Shown: positions 1-13,833 of the stretch, piece by piece
Layout: each line of letters opens with the position of its first letter
Position numbering within the stretch: position 1 is the first letter of the stretch
Assembly: GCA_977017645.1 (NCBI GenBank)
Contig: OZ360239.1
Location: 22,444,001-22,508,000, forward strand
Reading direction: 5' to 3'
Source of the DNA: Torpedo marmorata
Taxonomy: Eukaryota
DNA length: 64,000 nt
Notes under the pieces: generated by a model
Seen by the model: the letters and a program-made list of their open reading frames with translations, nothing else
What the model was told of the DNA's origin: nothing
Databases searched by the model: none
Position numbers and translations under genes: made by a program

Positions 1-313
1 ACCGGGATGCGAGGGGGTGCCGAGGGCGCCCTGACCGTGTTGGAGGTTCGGATCTGGAGCTCGGGTTGCCGATGGTTTGGACTGGACTCTGTGTTGCTGC
101 GGAAGTGCTGGAGGCGAATCTACGGACACTCGGTGACTCTGGGGGGACTCTCTTTTGCTTCTCTTTCTCTGACTGGAAGGAATGTAAGAGGCGCTTAGGC
201 AATTTCTGCCAGTGGCGAATCTGTCTACCTTGCAGCAGGCAAAAAGAAATTTCATGGAATATAACATTGTTTTATTGCTATGACAATAAATTGCATCTTG
301 ATCATCTTGATCC
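1..313 (+). mobile_element. GC-rich non-autonomous retroposon, 3' part (same family as 53445-54300)
   Basis: Reverse-complement match to about 53445-53765. Ends ATGACAATAAA plus short TTGATC-like repeats. Abuts the L1 fragment and is cut by the window edge. Confidence 0.85.
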
Positions 314-750
314 TGAGATTATATGTAACCTTTTCAAGTGGGATGCAGCTATTCATCTCCGAAGACCACCTATCCATGAGTAGATGGGAGTCAGACTTCC
401 ATGTTACTGCTATACATTTCCTGGCCACACATAAGACAATTTCTGTGAATTTAATTTGAGAATTGGTTACTAATCTACCAACCGCGGTAAAGTTCCCCAG
501 AAGACAAAGCTCTGGGTCTACTGAGAAGGTAACTCCCGTGATCTTAGTTAGGGTGTCACAGACATCATACCAGAAGGGCCTCACTTTCGTGCAAAGCCAG
601 GTAGAATGTAAAAAGGAACCAACCTCTATACCACACCTAAAACACATCTCTGATAATTCAGGTTTATATTGGTGTAATTTCTGTGGGGTGAGGTACAGTT
701 GATGGAGAAAATTATAATGGACCAATCTATACCTGACATTGATAGACTAT
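314..750 (-). mobile_element. L1/Tx1-clade LINE ORF2 C-terminal fragment (zinc-finger region)
   Basis: ORF 252-725 reads YNFLHQLY...MCFRC...HSTWLC...PLEKVTYNLR, paralogous to 42650-43278 and 47559-48353. Confidence 0.9.
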
Positions 751-1679
751 TGCAACATTTCAGAAACATTTGACATTTTACATAGAAAGGATAGGTTTAG
801 ATGGATGTGGGCTAAATGCAGGCTGGTGGGACGAGTGTGAGTAGGCATTTTGGTCGGCATAGGCAAAGTGGTCTAAAGGGTCTGTTCCTACACTACATGA
901 CTCTATGTGACATGTTCTGGTAACTGCAGCATTTATGTTGGTGGTACAGTTGAGTTTCTGGTCAAATGGACCCACTCTCATCCCTAGAATGTTGATGTGT
1001 GTCAATTTGATTAGTCTTGCTGAAGTTAGTGATATCCATAACCTGCCATTTCTGTACCACAAATGTCACTTACCCTTTACCAGTCCAATCATCAATTTCC
1101 ATAGATCTTATCGCAATTTGACTTGAACTGTTTCATTGTCTGAGTAAATATAATCTTACTGAGAAAATCCAATGAATTTATGACAGATTAAAGATCAGCA
1201 ATGAAGCAGATGAAAAACTTTTCCAGAAATTCCTTTTGACTGAGATAATTAGTTTTAACAAACAGACAAATCCCTCTCATTATGCTTCATATGATCAAAT
1301 GTTCCTATTTTATAGATTGAGCTTAGTCATTTGATGTTAAAATAATCATTGTTCGGCACAATTCTCTAAATTTGGGATTGCTGTTAATGAACTTCACATG
1401 CAAGCATAATTTTAAAATTTCCTTCAAATTATAACAGTTCTGTGAATAGTCATTGTAAAGAAAGACAGAAAGGCAAAAGAAGGACTTTAATATTGACCAG
1501 AATGACTAAGAAAATGACAGATAAACGTGTGAGAGGACACCGCTATACTTGTTTGTTCAGCAGTTTCCAAAATTAAATTAAGCAATACTTAGAAACAAAG
1601 CACATTGAAAATCAGACTGTAAACAGAGACTTCAAAAATAATTTCCATGGCATATGTTTGTATCAGTCAGTACACGGAA

Positions 1680-1786
1680 AGAAACAAGAGCTGCAGATAC
1701 TGGAAACTAGAGTGAAAACAGCTGGAGAACACAACGGGTCAGGCAGCATCAATGGAGGGAAATGGGCAGTGGACATTTCAGGTCCA
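1680..1786 (-). mobile_element. Penelope-like element 3' tail fragment
   Basis: CTGCAGATACTGGAAA...GCTGGAGAACACAACGGGTCAGGCAGCATC resembles the terminal arm of the 5086-7051 element and of 38790-38930. Confidence 0.6.
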
Positions 1787-2741
1787 CTGTGGTGTAGTGT
1801 ATCTAAATTTGCAGATGACACTAAATTGAATGGAAAAGCAAGTTGTGCAGAGGATATTTGCAGAGAGATATAGATAGATTATGTGGGCAAAGGTCTGGCA
1901 GATGGAGTACAATGTTCGCAAATGTGAGGTTATCCACTTTGAAAGGAAAAATGGAAGATCAGATTATTCTTTAAATGGCAAGCTATTGCAGCATGCTGCC
2001 GTGCAGAAGGACTTGGGAGTGCTTGTGCATGAATCGCAAAAGGTTGGTTTGCAGGTGCAGCAGGCTATCAAGAAGGCAAATGGAATGTTGGCCTTCATTG
2101 CTAGAGGGATTGAATTTAGGAGCAGGGAAGTTATGCTGCAACTGTACAAGGTACTGGTGAGGCTGCATCTGGAGTATTGTGTACAGTTCTGGTCTCGTTA
2201 CTTGAGGAAGGATGTACTGGCTTTGGAGGTGGTGCAGATGAGGTTCACCAGGTTGATTCCAGAGATGAGGGGGTTGGCCTATGAGGAGAGATTCAGTCGT
2301 CTGGAACTGTACTTGGTGGAATTTAGAAGAATGAGAGTGGATCTTATAGAAACGTATAAAATTATGAAAGGCATAGGTAAGATAGAGGTAGGTACTTTTT
2401 TTTCCATTGGTGGGGGAGACTAGAACTAGGGGACATAGCCTCAAGATTAAAGGTAGTAGATTTGTGATGGAGGTGAGGAGGAACTGCTTTTCCCAGAAGG
2501 TGGTAAATCTGTGGAATTCGCTGCCCATTGAAGCAGTGGAGGCTACCTCAGTAAATATATTTAAGACAAAGTTGGATAGTTTTTTACGTAGTCGGGGAAT
2601 TAAGGGATGTGGGGAAAAGGCAGCTAGGAAGAGATGAGCCTACCACCAGATCAGCCATGATCTCATTGAATGGCGGAGCAGGCTTGACGGACTGGATGGC
2701 CTTACTCCTGCTTCTATTTCTTATGTTCTTATGTTCTTATG
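1787..2741 (+). mobile_element. CR1 LINE, 5'-truncated (RT C-terminus and 3' UTR)
   Basis: SKFADDTKL, WQMEYNVRKC, LEYCVQFWS, RTRGHSLK and VVNLWNSLP motifs. Ends in a (TTCTTATG)n tail. Confidence 0.95.
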
Positions 2742-5153
2742 TCCAAACGCTGATAGGTACATTTAAAAAATGGTGGTCCTTTCTACATTTCAGGTATCTA
2801 TATCCATCCTTAAGTGAGGTTCTTGGTGACAAAGGCAGTCCTTCATTCATCTGCTCTTTGCCCCAGATTTGGGCCAATGTTGTTTTTATGCGTGGAGCCT
2901 GATTGCCCTAAATCGAGCATCTACTGTATACATGGATTATCAGTGAGAATTGGATGTAATTTGGTCTTGATAAGCAAATGTTACAATTTCAAAGAAACTG
3001 ACATTCGGAAGTGGTTACAGTGCATTGATTATTGTGTCCTACGCATAACTGATCCTAGGATAAATTTTGAGATGCATGTGTCATAGATAACACCATTGAC
3101 TACTCCTTGGACCACATTACTGATGGTGGTCAATGGGGTCAACATTGGCCTAAATTTGTTTGCTTTCCGCTCAATTCACCTTGTGAATGGCACGATATAA
3201 ACTACTTTCAAAGAGACAATCTGACTATGCGCAGATGTCCTTACCATGGTACTACAAGTCTGAGATAAGTTGCACAAGATCAGAAAATCGGCTGGTCTTC
3301 CCCTTCTGCTATATCTTCACTTTACACACCTGTGGACCATTCTCTTTTTGAATGTGACAACGAGTGCACATGTCATATGGTGCCCTGGATATTCCTTTGT
3401 TAATAATCATTTACATGTGTAGCATTTTTAATTTTGGAACCTGCTGAACAAACAAACAGAACCTAGTTATCAGCCAGGTACTACAACAGGCACAAGTACA
3501 GGAATGTCATGAGTCGACCACCGTGGTGTGGATAAGAATGGGGAAGAGGCGGCGGAGGGGGAACAATTTTCAACGTTCTGGGGGCTATTTGAAGGAATAC
3601 TGGCCTCGTAATTTGTCTATGTTCCCCCAAACTTCTTACACGCTACAATCTTTCCGCCTGTTTTGTTCTGATGGATGACACGTACCCTTCTTTGGACACC
3701 AACACATCCCGCTGAGATAGCAGGAGAAGCAGAGTTGGTTCGATGAACGTGAATGGGGTTGATATGCAAGGTCACCGAATGTTTTCGACATTCGGGGGGG
3801 TGGGGGAGGGATATTTCCTCTCACGGGCAGGTGTTTAATAATGGCAGGTAATCATTACGTAATATTCCCGAAAATAATTAAAAATATATTTTAAAGCTGC
3901 CAGAATTTCAAACCCAATTGATTCCCGACAGAAACGTTAGCTGCTTATTAATAGTAATCGGTCCTGGTCCTGGATAAGCCGTTTTATATTAGTAAAATGT
4001 CTTGACGAAGACAACAGATGCCTAGCGTGTTCTCGGCTCACCTGTATGTCGTCTCACTTCTCTCCAAGCTTTCTGCTCGTCTATGCTGACGTGTCACCTG
4101 AAGCATAAGCCTGCAGTAAACATTGGTGATTGTATGGGAAATATGATCCAGCGTATAAAACGACTTCTATGAACGGTCTTGCTTCAAACCTCTTACAACC
4201 AAATGTTGAATTTTCATGAGGCCGACTGCAATATTACTTCTGAAAAAGCATTCGCAAGGGAAAGCATTCTGAACGTGCATTTAAACTCGAACTGCATTGT
4301 TCCTACTATTTACACCCAACCTGCAGGTTGGCTCTGCAATTTAGAAACTGCTTGCAATTTCCGCGACGGTTCCTTTAAATGTAGCCAACTTCTATTCCTT
4401 CAACACCACACCTTTCCCCCAACCCAAACAAATTATTTTCTTCCCAAACGCTTATCTCGCTGGTATATTCTATAACCCCGTGTTTCTGTCAAGCGGTTTT
4501 TTTTATATAGCCCAATGCTCGGAGAATAGCAATGTGGAGTTAAATGAAATATTTATCGCCCTGTCTGAATGTTGGCAAATATTTCTCACTTACAGAACAG
4601 AAATCCGTCACCAGCGTTCTTCATCCCGTGTGTTTAAACAGGCAGCATCTCGGGCTGAATGTGCTGAATTTAAACATTGCAATCGGTCGTCACGCGCAGA
4701 TACCATCAACAGAGCAATTTAGACAAACAGTGGAAGACGGGTAAGCGCCATAATCGGGTTCCATCTTTAATGCAACCCATAGAATTACATTGGGGCACTC
4801 AGGCCTGATTGGCAGAGATTTCTAGTCAGAGATAGGACAGCGAAAAGTTCATTCTAATGATGAGAAAATGGTACTCGTTTATGACTGTGCCATTGGGCTT
4901 CTTGATCATTTGCCCATGTGGTCTGTTTGAAGATCTGATCAGACACTCCAAAACTGAGGTGAATTCAGAATAACTCGGGCTGGAAACTTTTCCGTCACCC
5001 CAGAACATAACGCGCGCCCGCACACAAGCCAGAGTACACTTTATATATTCACGAATGAGCACGGAAAAAGCTCGAACCTATACATCAAAAAAACAAATGC
5101 TGGAGAAACTCAGCAGGTCAAACAGTGTCTTTTATGTAGCAAAGGTAGAAATA

Positions 5154-5194
5154 CATAACCGACGTTTCGGGCTTGAGCCCTTCATCAAAGTATG
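5154..5194 (-). ncRNA. Minimal hammerhead-ribozyme-like motif, second (inverted) copy
   Basis: Exact reverse complement of 6904-6944. Confidence 0.7.
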
Positions 5195-6903
5195 AGAAAA
5201 TGCAGGCAGGCGTCCGAACAAAAGAGTGAGGGGGGAAGGGGGGGGTGGCAAAGGCAGGAGATGATAGGTGGGGAAAGGAGGGAGGGGACAGCAGCAAAGA
5301 GGGGGAGGAGGGATGGCTGGGTGGGTGGAAAAAAACAGGAAGGACTGGTGAGGGGGAGGGGAAGTAAAAGACAAGCAGGTTTAGTGAAAAGCAGAAAAGT
5401 AATGTTAATGCCATCTGGCTGGAGAGTGCTCAGACGGAAAATGAGATGTTGTTCCTCCAATTTGCGGGTAGTCTGGGTGGGATAGTACATAAGGCCATGG
5501 ACAGACATGTGAGTGTGGGAGTGTGACTCGGAATTGAAATAGTTGGCTACTGGGAGGTCGCTGTTGTTGCGGACGGAGAGGAGGAGCTCAGCAAAGCGAT
5601 CTCCCAATCTACGACCGGTCTCTCCGATGTAGAGAAAGCCACAAAGGGAGCACCGGATGCAGTAAATAAGTTCTCTGGATGTACAAGTGAAATGTAGTTT
5701 CACTTGAAAGGCCTGTTTGGGGCCCCGGACCATGGTGAGGGGGGAGATGTGGGTGCAGGTGTTGCACCTCCTGCGGGCACAGGGGAAGGTGCCGGGGGTG
5801 CGATGGGTGGGGAGGGATGAGTGCACGAGGGAATCGCGGAGGGAGCGGTCCTTGTGGAAGGCCGAGAGGGGGAGGAGAAGGAAAAATGTGTCTGGTGGTG
5901 GGATCCTGTAGTAAGTGCCGGAAATTCCGGCGGATAATGTGTTGGATGCGGAGGCTGGTGGGGTGGTAGGTGAGGATGAGGGGGATTCTATATTTGTTGC
6001 GCCTGGGGGCAGAGGGGGCCAGGGCAGATGAGTGGGAAATGGAGGAGATGCGGGTGAGGGCTGAGTTGATGGTGGTGGAGGGGAAGCCACGTTTGTGGAA
6101 GAAGGCAGACATTTCAGAAGATCTGGACTGGAAGACCTCATCTTGGGAACAGATGCGGCGGAGACGGAGAAATTGAGAGAAGGGGATGGAATCCTTGCAG
6201 GGGAATGGGTGTGAGGAAGTGTAGTCCAGATAGTTGTGGGAGTTGGAGGGTTTGTAGTAAATGTCGGTGGAAAGCTTGTCTCCTGAGATGGAGACAGAGA
6301 GATCCAGGAAGAGGAGAGTGTTATCAGAGATGGACCAGGTGAGTTTGAGATCGTGGTGGAAGTTGGATGCGAAGTGGATGAAGTTGAAAAGCTCATCGCA
6401 GGTGCATGAGGCAGCCCCGATGTAGTCGTCAATATAACGGATGAAGAGATGAGGGGTCTTGCCTGTGTAGGCTTGCAGCATGGATTGCTCCACAAAGCCC
6501 ACAAACAGGCAGGCGTAGCTGGGACCCATGTAGGTACCCATGGCTACTCCTTTGATTTGGAGGAAGTGGGGTGAGTTGAAGTGGGATTTGTCCATGGGCT
6601 TATGTACTATCCCACCCAGACTACCCACAAATTGGAGGAACAACATCTCATTTTTCCGTCTGGGTACTCTCCAGCCAGATGGCATTAACATTGACTTTTC
6701 TGCTTTCCACTAAACCTGCTTGTCTATTCCTTCCCCTCCCCCCCACCAGTCCTTCCTGTTTTTTTCCACCCACCCAGCCATCCCTCCTCCCCCTCTTTGC
6801 TGCTGTCCCCTCCCTCCTTTCCCCACCTATCATCTCCTGCCTTTGCCACCCCCCCCTTCACCCCCCCCTCACTCTTTTGTTCGGACGCCTGCCTGCATTT
6901 TCT

Positions 6904-6944
6904 CATACTTTGATGAAGGGCTCAAGCCCGAAACGTCGGTTATG
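6904..6944 (+). ncRNA. Minimal hammerhead-ribozyme-like motif in the Penelope pseudo-LTR
   Basis: catact-TTGATGA-a-gggct-ca-agccc-GAAA-c-GTC-ggttatg: both core boxes (first C replaced by T), a 5-bp stem II, a GTC triplet and stem I pairing with one bulge. Confidence 0.7.
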
Positions 6945-9360
6945 TATTTCTACCTTTGCTACATAAAAGACACTGTTTGACCTGCTGAGTTTCTCCAACA
7001 TTTGTGTATTTTACTTCAACCACGGTGTCCACAGATTTTCGTGTTTTACTTTCGAATCTATAGATATACGAGTGTATCCACATATCCACATTCGTAAACG
7101 CTTGCATTCCATTCACACAAATCCATGCACACATATTATATGCGCACGCTTTACGTACACAGAAGAATGCATGTATGCACACATGGATAGCCATACACGT
7201 GCTCTCAAAATATGGGAGATTTTTTGCTTTTCCCATTTAACAAAGCAGAACCTGTTTTTTTTTAAAAAGACGGGAGAATAATTGCATATTTTCAAGGCCC
7301 ATCTATAAAGTTTTCAATGCTTTTAATTTAAAAAGAAGTGAACGTTCTATGAATACGAGAATAATGTTATATCTGGAACATGTTGAATAATGTTTTCCAT
7401 CATTTATAAGGCGAATGGATAAAACGATAATAAGGAATAGTTTCCAATGTAAATCTGTTCTGAAGCAAGTATAATTGAGCTCATATATTATCGTCTTAGC
7501 ATCATATCAACGTGGGATACAATGGACAGACTATAATGAGGAGGAGCAAAATCAAATTGCTATTTAAAGCCTTATAGTGCGCCGATGGAGTTCGATATCA
7601 GGTTCAAAAATAATATTGCATCCAAAGACGTAAAACTGCTATGAGTGTGCATCTTCGATATTGAGCATGTAATGGAATCATATTCGCAAGTTACAGAGCC
7701 CGATTCATGCGCGGCTAACAAATTCAATATACACAGCCGCTCCTGAGGACTTCATTTGTTGGTTTTCATTATTTTAAAACGGGTTAGTTTATATCAGGAT
7801 ACATTAAATGCCAAACTTGTTAATAACCATCATTAAAATACCCCCAAAGAATTCTAACACTGCAGTGACGTGAAGCCAGTAATATTCTGATCTCAAATAA
7901 GTCGGCGTAGCAAAGCCAGCACTAGAGGCTTTAAGGAAAGATGTTTTTTTTTGAGCGGGACAAGCAAATGGCTCAATACCAGTCTCACATATTTCACTTT
8001 GTGGCGGCGTTGGCGCTTTTTTATTTTGGTTTTGAACGGCTCGGTCTTCCAGACATCGTGGATTAATGAACCCCATGCGAATTAAAATATATGTATCCAA
8101 TAGCTCTCTGCCGAAACCACCATTCACACAGAAGACCCTTTCAGACAAGTGGAACATTGGTCAGATGCCCCCTATATTCACCTGTGATTGTGATATTAAA
8201 GATATCTGCTGTTAGTATCAATATTTTCGTCCAGTGTGTTTTGTTTTATTATTACCAGTAAGTTTACTTTCCTATTAGGATCGATCTTGATGCTGCTTGC
8301 CAAGAATCAACCAATACTTTTGGACGGGGTGAAAATGTAACCACGCACATACCAATATTTTTGTCTAAAAGATGCAAAGATGGCGTGATTATTCAGGTTC
8401 TGTGGCTCTCTGTCTCCTTGGTTCAACTCTTTTTAGAAATTACGTTTGAATGTGAAAGCTAACAACGAACTGAACACGTGCATATACACATGGGATGAGT
8501 TTTTTTTATATTGCTAAGGAGCTGAGATCACGCAGTTCGTTTCATCCGTTTCTTACAATACAAATGTCCGCTGAGAAAGAGTGGCCCGAATGATCTGCTG
8601 AGCAGAGGATCTACATGAACCTGTTCATTCTGTGCGTTGCACGGCGCTGGCTAAGACAATTGACGGGGATGCCCAAACCATTTGCCTCCGCCTCCCTCAA
8701 CATCTTTCCGAGCTCTGTCACGTATCTAGTTGTTTGCTGATATTATAAAATAGGCTCCCCGCGGCCATCGATTGAGCAGCTTTCAGAAACTTCTTTAATA
8801 ATTAAGCCGCTGACCAGAAATTATTCTCCATCATGTGACCGTCTGTTTCACATTCCATGCAATTCGGCGGCTGCACATAATTCCGTTGTTTATTTTTAAA
8901 TCTACAAATAGGTCCCTTAAATACCGACTGTTTTGTACCATCAATGTGTCTTATGAAACAATCTGATAAAGCCGTTGAACTGACTTGATGAAAGAGCAGA
9001 AGAACAACGCAAAAGGCAGGTAAACGTGTGTAAGTCTCGGTCCTTTTGTCAGGACGTTATTGTCTGATAGTCTTCCTCTTCAAGGCCATTTTAATCTAAA
9101 TGCACGTCAAAGTGACCGTTCTCTCGTTTTGGAGGCAAAGCTGAAGGCAGACAAAGGGGGCTATACAGTGCTGGAAAAACAACCCACCCCGTGGTGTCAA
9201 CTACCCTATTAATATTAAAATATAATAACCGGATCGGAAATAACTGTTCATAGAGAAACATTTATTACATGACTCTCCCTCCCCCCTCCCCATGAAGAAA
9301 CTCGAACAAGCATTGTTTCATAAAGTTGTAATATAAGCTAATACTGTAAAAAGACAAGCA

Positions 9361-9361
<1 letters not shown>

Positions 9362-9414
<53 letters not shown>
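9362..9414. repeat. (AT)n(AC)n microsatellite
   Basis: Read directly. Confidence 0.98.
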
Positions 9415-9415
<1 letters not shown>

Positions 9416-9748
9416 TGACATAAGGTTACCCATTACATTTTCAATGAATACCGTGAATTTTAGTTCTTTACTAATCTTGTTAACTATTTTTGTGAAATAA
9501 ACAGTTTTAACATGAAGAAAAAATGCAATGCCTTTCAATTAATATTTGGGGCAGGCTCACAAGATCTCAGTGACTCCAGACAACCAAAACGTCTTTTGCC
9601 AAATGAAAAACCATACAATTGAATTTATAATGACTCTTGATCAGAAAAGTCCCCATATAATTCGATATTTTTGTGCTTTCAGTGGCTAGCCTTCGTAAAT
9701 AATATACAAAGTAAGGAAACATAATCCAGCAGGCTGGAATGTTTAATT

Positions 9749-9896
9749 NNNNNNNNNNNNNNNNNNNNNNNNNNNNNNNNNNNNNNNNNNNNNNNNNNNN
9801 NNNNNNNNNNNNNNNNNNNNNNNNNNNNNNNNNNNNNNNNNNNNNNNNNNNNNNNNNNNNNNNNNNNNNNNNNNNNNNNNNNNNNNNNNNNNNNNN
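9749..9896. other. Assembly gap
   Basis: Run of N. Confidence 1.
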
Positions 9897-12800
9897 AACT
9901 CGATGGATCAAATTCTTCCTGACGTCAGTCTATCAACAGCAATAGATTCCTCGGTATAAATGATGGCTGCAGAGAGAACACGAAAGTTTCTAGTTTTGCT
10001 TTGTAACTGCTGCAAGAGATGTGGGGTGCTAAAGGGGTTGAGGATAGGAAATTAGACATTTGGGCAAAAATCTGTGAATTAAGTACCGGCGGTAAAAGGG
10101 TTGCTAAACTAACAATGTTCAGAGGCTGGGAAATTACATGCTGCATCATCACTGCGGCTGTTCTGCGTTATGTACAGTCAGTGGGTTTTTTTTTGCAGCC
10201 CAAACTATCGGATAATATAAAATCAAATGTAGATTAAAAGTAAGTGTGCAAAGTTAAATGTAACATCTCAATCAACGACGCCAAAATGGAAAGCCGCGAA
10301 AGTGATTGTGAAATTCTTTTTAGGCGTGTGTAAGCAACAAACAGATGTATTTAACAATGGCTCAGAAACAGTACAATGTAAGCATATTTTCCAAAATAAA
10401 AAATAAATTAAGCAAGTTATCCTGCGGAAACGCTGGGATTGATTATGTGAATGAATTGTTTATAATTATCTGCTAAATATGGGACTCTGTTTTAAATGGT
10501 CATTTATTTTGCGAGATTAGAAAGCATATTAATGGTTATTCTTCCAGTTGTGCCCCACAAATATATATGACTCACTCTGGTGGATTGCTCGGATAATTGC
10601 AGTCGATCGATTAAATTAGAGAGAAAAAAAGATTTATTGGGGTATTTTTGATGTTGCTTGAAACCGTGACATTAAAGTGTTTTAGCTGTCCGGCTGTCTC
10701 ACCACGACCAGGTATCACACCGATTAGGGTTAGTGCCTGGGTCAGTGGGTTCTCAAAACTCCCACTTGCAAATCGCAGCGGGCTTGTTTTCTTTAAGTAA
10801 ATCAATTGATCTACGAGGTCTAAGTAGTTCCTAAACAGTGATACTGATCAGAGGATACAGCAGAGAAAGCCGGCAGTGCTGTTTAACAAGGTTTGAGTTT
10901 CTGACTGAAAGCAGAAGCGGCATCATCAAACTGACGCCCGTATATCAGGGAAATTACTTTCTAAAGAACCACCCTTCATGGGCAAGTTTCACTAAACCTA
11001 TAGTCACGTTGTTAATTTCCGTGAAGTTTTACAGTGCGGGCGGATATAAATTAAGGTTGAATCGCTTGACTACGATTAGCAAAGGAAACGAGAACCGGTC
11101 ATCCCGAAGATTGAAAACTAAATCGTAAATCAAAAGATGTGTTTCGAAGTTTTAAGCCATCTGATCAACAACACCATGTTGTGCCCCATGAAAGGCAATT
11201 TGGGAAGTGATATCTCTTTTTACACTCCAATAATATTAAAGAGCAAATGTAGACGCACCCTACTTTCATAATTCGTAGATACAACGCGGCGAAATCCTTG
11301 GTCAATTTTAAAGAGGTGGTAACGTGGTAAGTAGTGTTTTCGTGAAGCATCTGCACTTCACCGGTTTCATTCACGCTATCTCCTTCAAATACACCTTTGC
11401 TATGTTACAACAAACTGGAACACTCTTGCCCCCATCGTTAAATTGACTGTAAGAAACCACCTGGATAAATGAAAAAAGGACACACTCTTGGGACCAGGTA
11501 CAGCGCGCGGCGGTTCACAGATATGTTCTATATAAATTATTTGGTTCACCCGCCTCCACAGCAACTAAGATTAAAAAAAATCTGCCGGTCTAACAGCCCC
11601 AGCCAGACCAATTCTTTCTCTTTCATATTTCAATGGCAATATTAATCCTATGTAAGCACAATAAATGATGATTTTAACACGGAAACACACAATAAACAAT
11701 GCCACAAGGGATTAAGATTTACTGCTTTTTTATTACTGCGTTTCTCAATGAATTTCACAGCTTGGAATACACGGAAGGTGATGATCAGGAAAGGTGTAAT
11801 GGTAACATTTCATTTTTTAATCCAAATCACGGTGTATAATTAGCACACAGTTTTTTTTGTTTTATTCTTTTAAAATGAGTGAATGGTATCAACGGGACAA
11901 GGTAGAGAAACTTCTAATGAGATAACTGTCCTGTCACTGTATGAGGCTTAGGAAAAGTGCGCCGAATTTGGTTCCAAGGATCAAGGCGAGCCGCCTATCC
12001 TCCAGTTATTTATCTTAATTCCGACTTGAAAAGATATAATTATCTAGTTTGAACAGACCTGGTATAAAATCCTTCTTTAGCCGGTCAGGGAAAGCTCATG
12101 TGTATTCAACGGCAGTCGGGTCCTCAGCGCCGCTTGGTGTACGCTGAGATAGTGGGTAATGAAGTTGTGTAGTCCTGCGATACAAAGGGCATTAACCTCA
12201 TTAGCATGAAACCTTTTCTTCTAAGTATTGTGGAACCTTTTCAGCCTCCTAATCCTCTATTTTCAAAGCTCGGTTTGTAATAAAGCTTTTAGGTTTTTCA
12301 AAGCTAATGGTATTCTCAAAAGATTTATTGCTGTTACTGCGCAGGACTCTTTACGTTCTTCCTGCTAAGTATATGTATAGCACAAGACGAAGCTCTTTTT
12401 TCCTGATCCAGATGGGAAACCATTTAGGAAAACGACCACGCTGTTCTTAAGTGCGAATCTTTATACTAAAGAATTTTGGACTCGCTTGCATAATGTCGAT
12501 CAAATGGCGCAACGATAAAGACGCATCATACATAGCATTACAGGAGCGGGTTGAAACAGCATAATAAAAAAATATGGTAGAAAAATATGGGGAATACAAA
12601 GCCATCTGGATTCATATTTCAAAGAATGCTGCAAGTCCGATCAGGGTAAAAGGACGTCAACAAACAGTTCCAAGACGCAAACTGCCTATACACTTGGCGT
12701 TTTGTCCTTAACATGTGAAGAAATCCTATTTCATGTGCACCAGTTTTTAACACCGCTGCACTTTATTACATTCTCTTGTACTCGGGTGTTTGGATTGCTA

Positions 12801-13827
12801 TCGGTTTCTACAAACCTTGTTTCCCCATTGCGAGGACGCGTGTGGACAGTAATTAATTGTGCAATTTAAAGACACGAGTTAAAACAAAACCCCTTATTTT
12901 TCCTGTGCTTTGTAACTGCGCTGTATCACAGTGTGACGACTAGTGAGATTGTCCTGAGTTATGTCAAACTATTCCCTCTATTCACGGATTAAGAGATTAA
13001 ACGAACCAGTGGAGCTGCCTCCGCTTTCCTCATATTCCTGGTATGATAATTGCTTAAACTGATTTGCACTTTCACAAAAGGTTTCAGGACTCTTTGTAGC
13101 TATACAGAGCAGACGAGGTTTCTGTCAATGGAAATAAAACTGATTAATGCAGTCTATCAGGATGAAACGTAAATGAACCATGAAAAACATTGGCTTGCTC
13201 TGAAACCCGTTTCGTGGTCGAGAACTGGTTACAAACAGTTCAAATGCTACAGTTTTAATTACGATTTCAATTAAATCAATACAATTCTACACCCTTTCTT
13301 ACGAGGTGCAGTTTCGCCATATGCCAAACGCCGACAAATTAATTTGCTTGCGCACCTCTGCTATCGTTCCCGATAACGATGAAAAATAAAGCACGAGTAG
13401 AAAAATCTCAAAACAATGAAGACTTGGATTGCGCCCAATCACATAGTCAATGATTTAATAACTTAATCGCGGGAGAAATCTTCGATATTTATATATAAAA
13501 TATACCAATCCATTTCAAACCACACAAATAAAAATATTAAATAATTATCCAGCATCAGCTATCCATATTGCTCCCTTAATATAATATCTGGGAATACTAT
13601 TTACAATAACAATTATAGGGATTGTAAAGTCCGCGTTCCGAAACAGGTCAAAGGAATCTAGAATTCCAAGGGTTAATTGATTCAATAACGTCAATCGAGT
13701 TAAATGGAAGATTAGAAAATCCACTCAATATTATGGGACAGAGTTAGGTCTTTTGATCTTTCAGATTTGAACAACACTCATACATGCCTCACTACTTGGA
13801 TTACTCTGAGCAGCAAATGGATAAATC

Positions 13828-13833
13828 TTTATT
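13828..13833 (-). terminator. Candidate EMX2 polyadenylation signal (AATAAA), implying a 3' UTR of about 1 kb
   Basis: TTTATT on the plus strand, reading TGTCAATAAAGATT on the minus strand, about 1 kb past the stop codon. A proximal AATAAA also occurs at 14741-14746. Confidence 0.6.

Larger units (their letters stand above)
5086..7051 (-). mobile_element. Penelope-like retroelement (RT + GIY-YIG), 5'-truncated, with inverted pseudo-LTR
   Basis: GVAMG and RYIDD RT motifs in ORF 5609-6691. A frameshift near 5870 leads into the GIY-YIG domain LIYCIRC...LYIGETGRRL...EEQHLIFRL...QPDGIN in ORF 5185-6504. About 5093-5503 and 6589-7004 are inverted copies of each other. Confidence 0.95.

Noticed and set aside
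5185-6504. 439-aa Ser/Pro/Thr-rich ORF ending in a GIY-YIG domain as a novel nuclease
   Set aside because: The N-terminal part is the off-frame reading of the Penelope RT, and a frameshift near 5870 explains the join.
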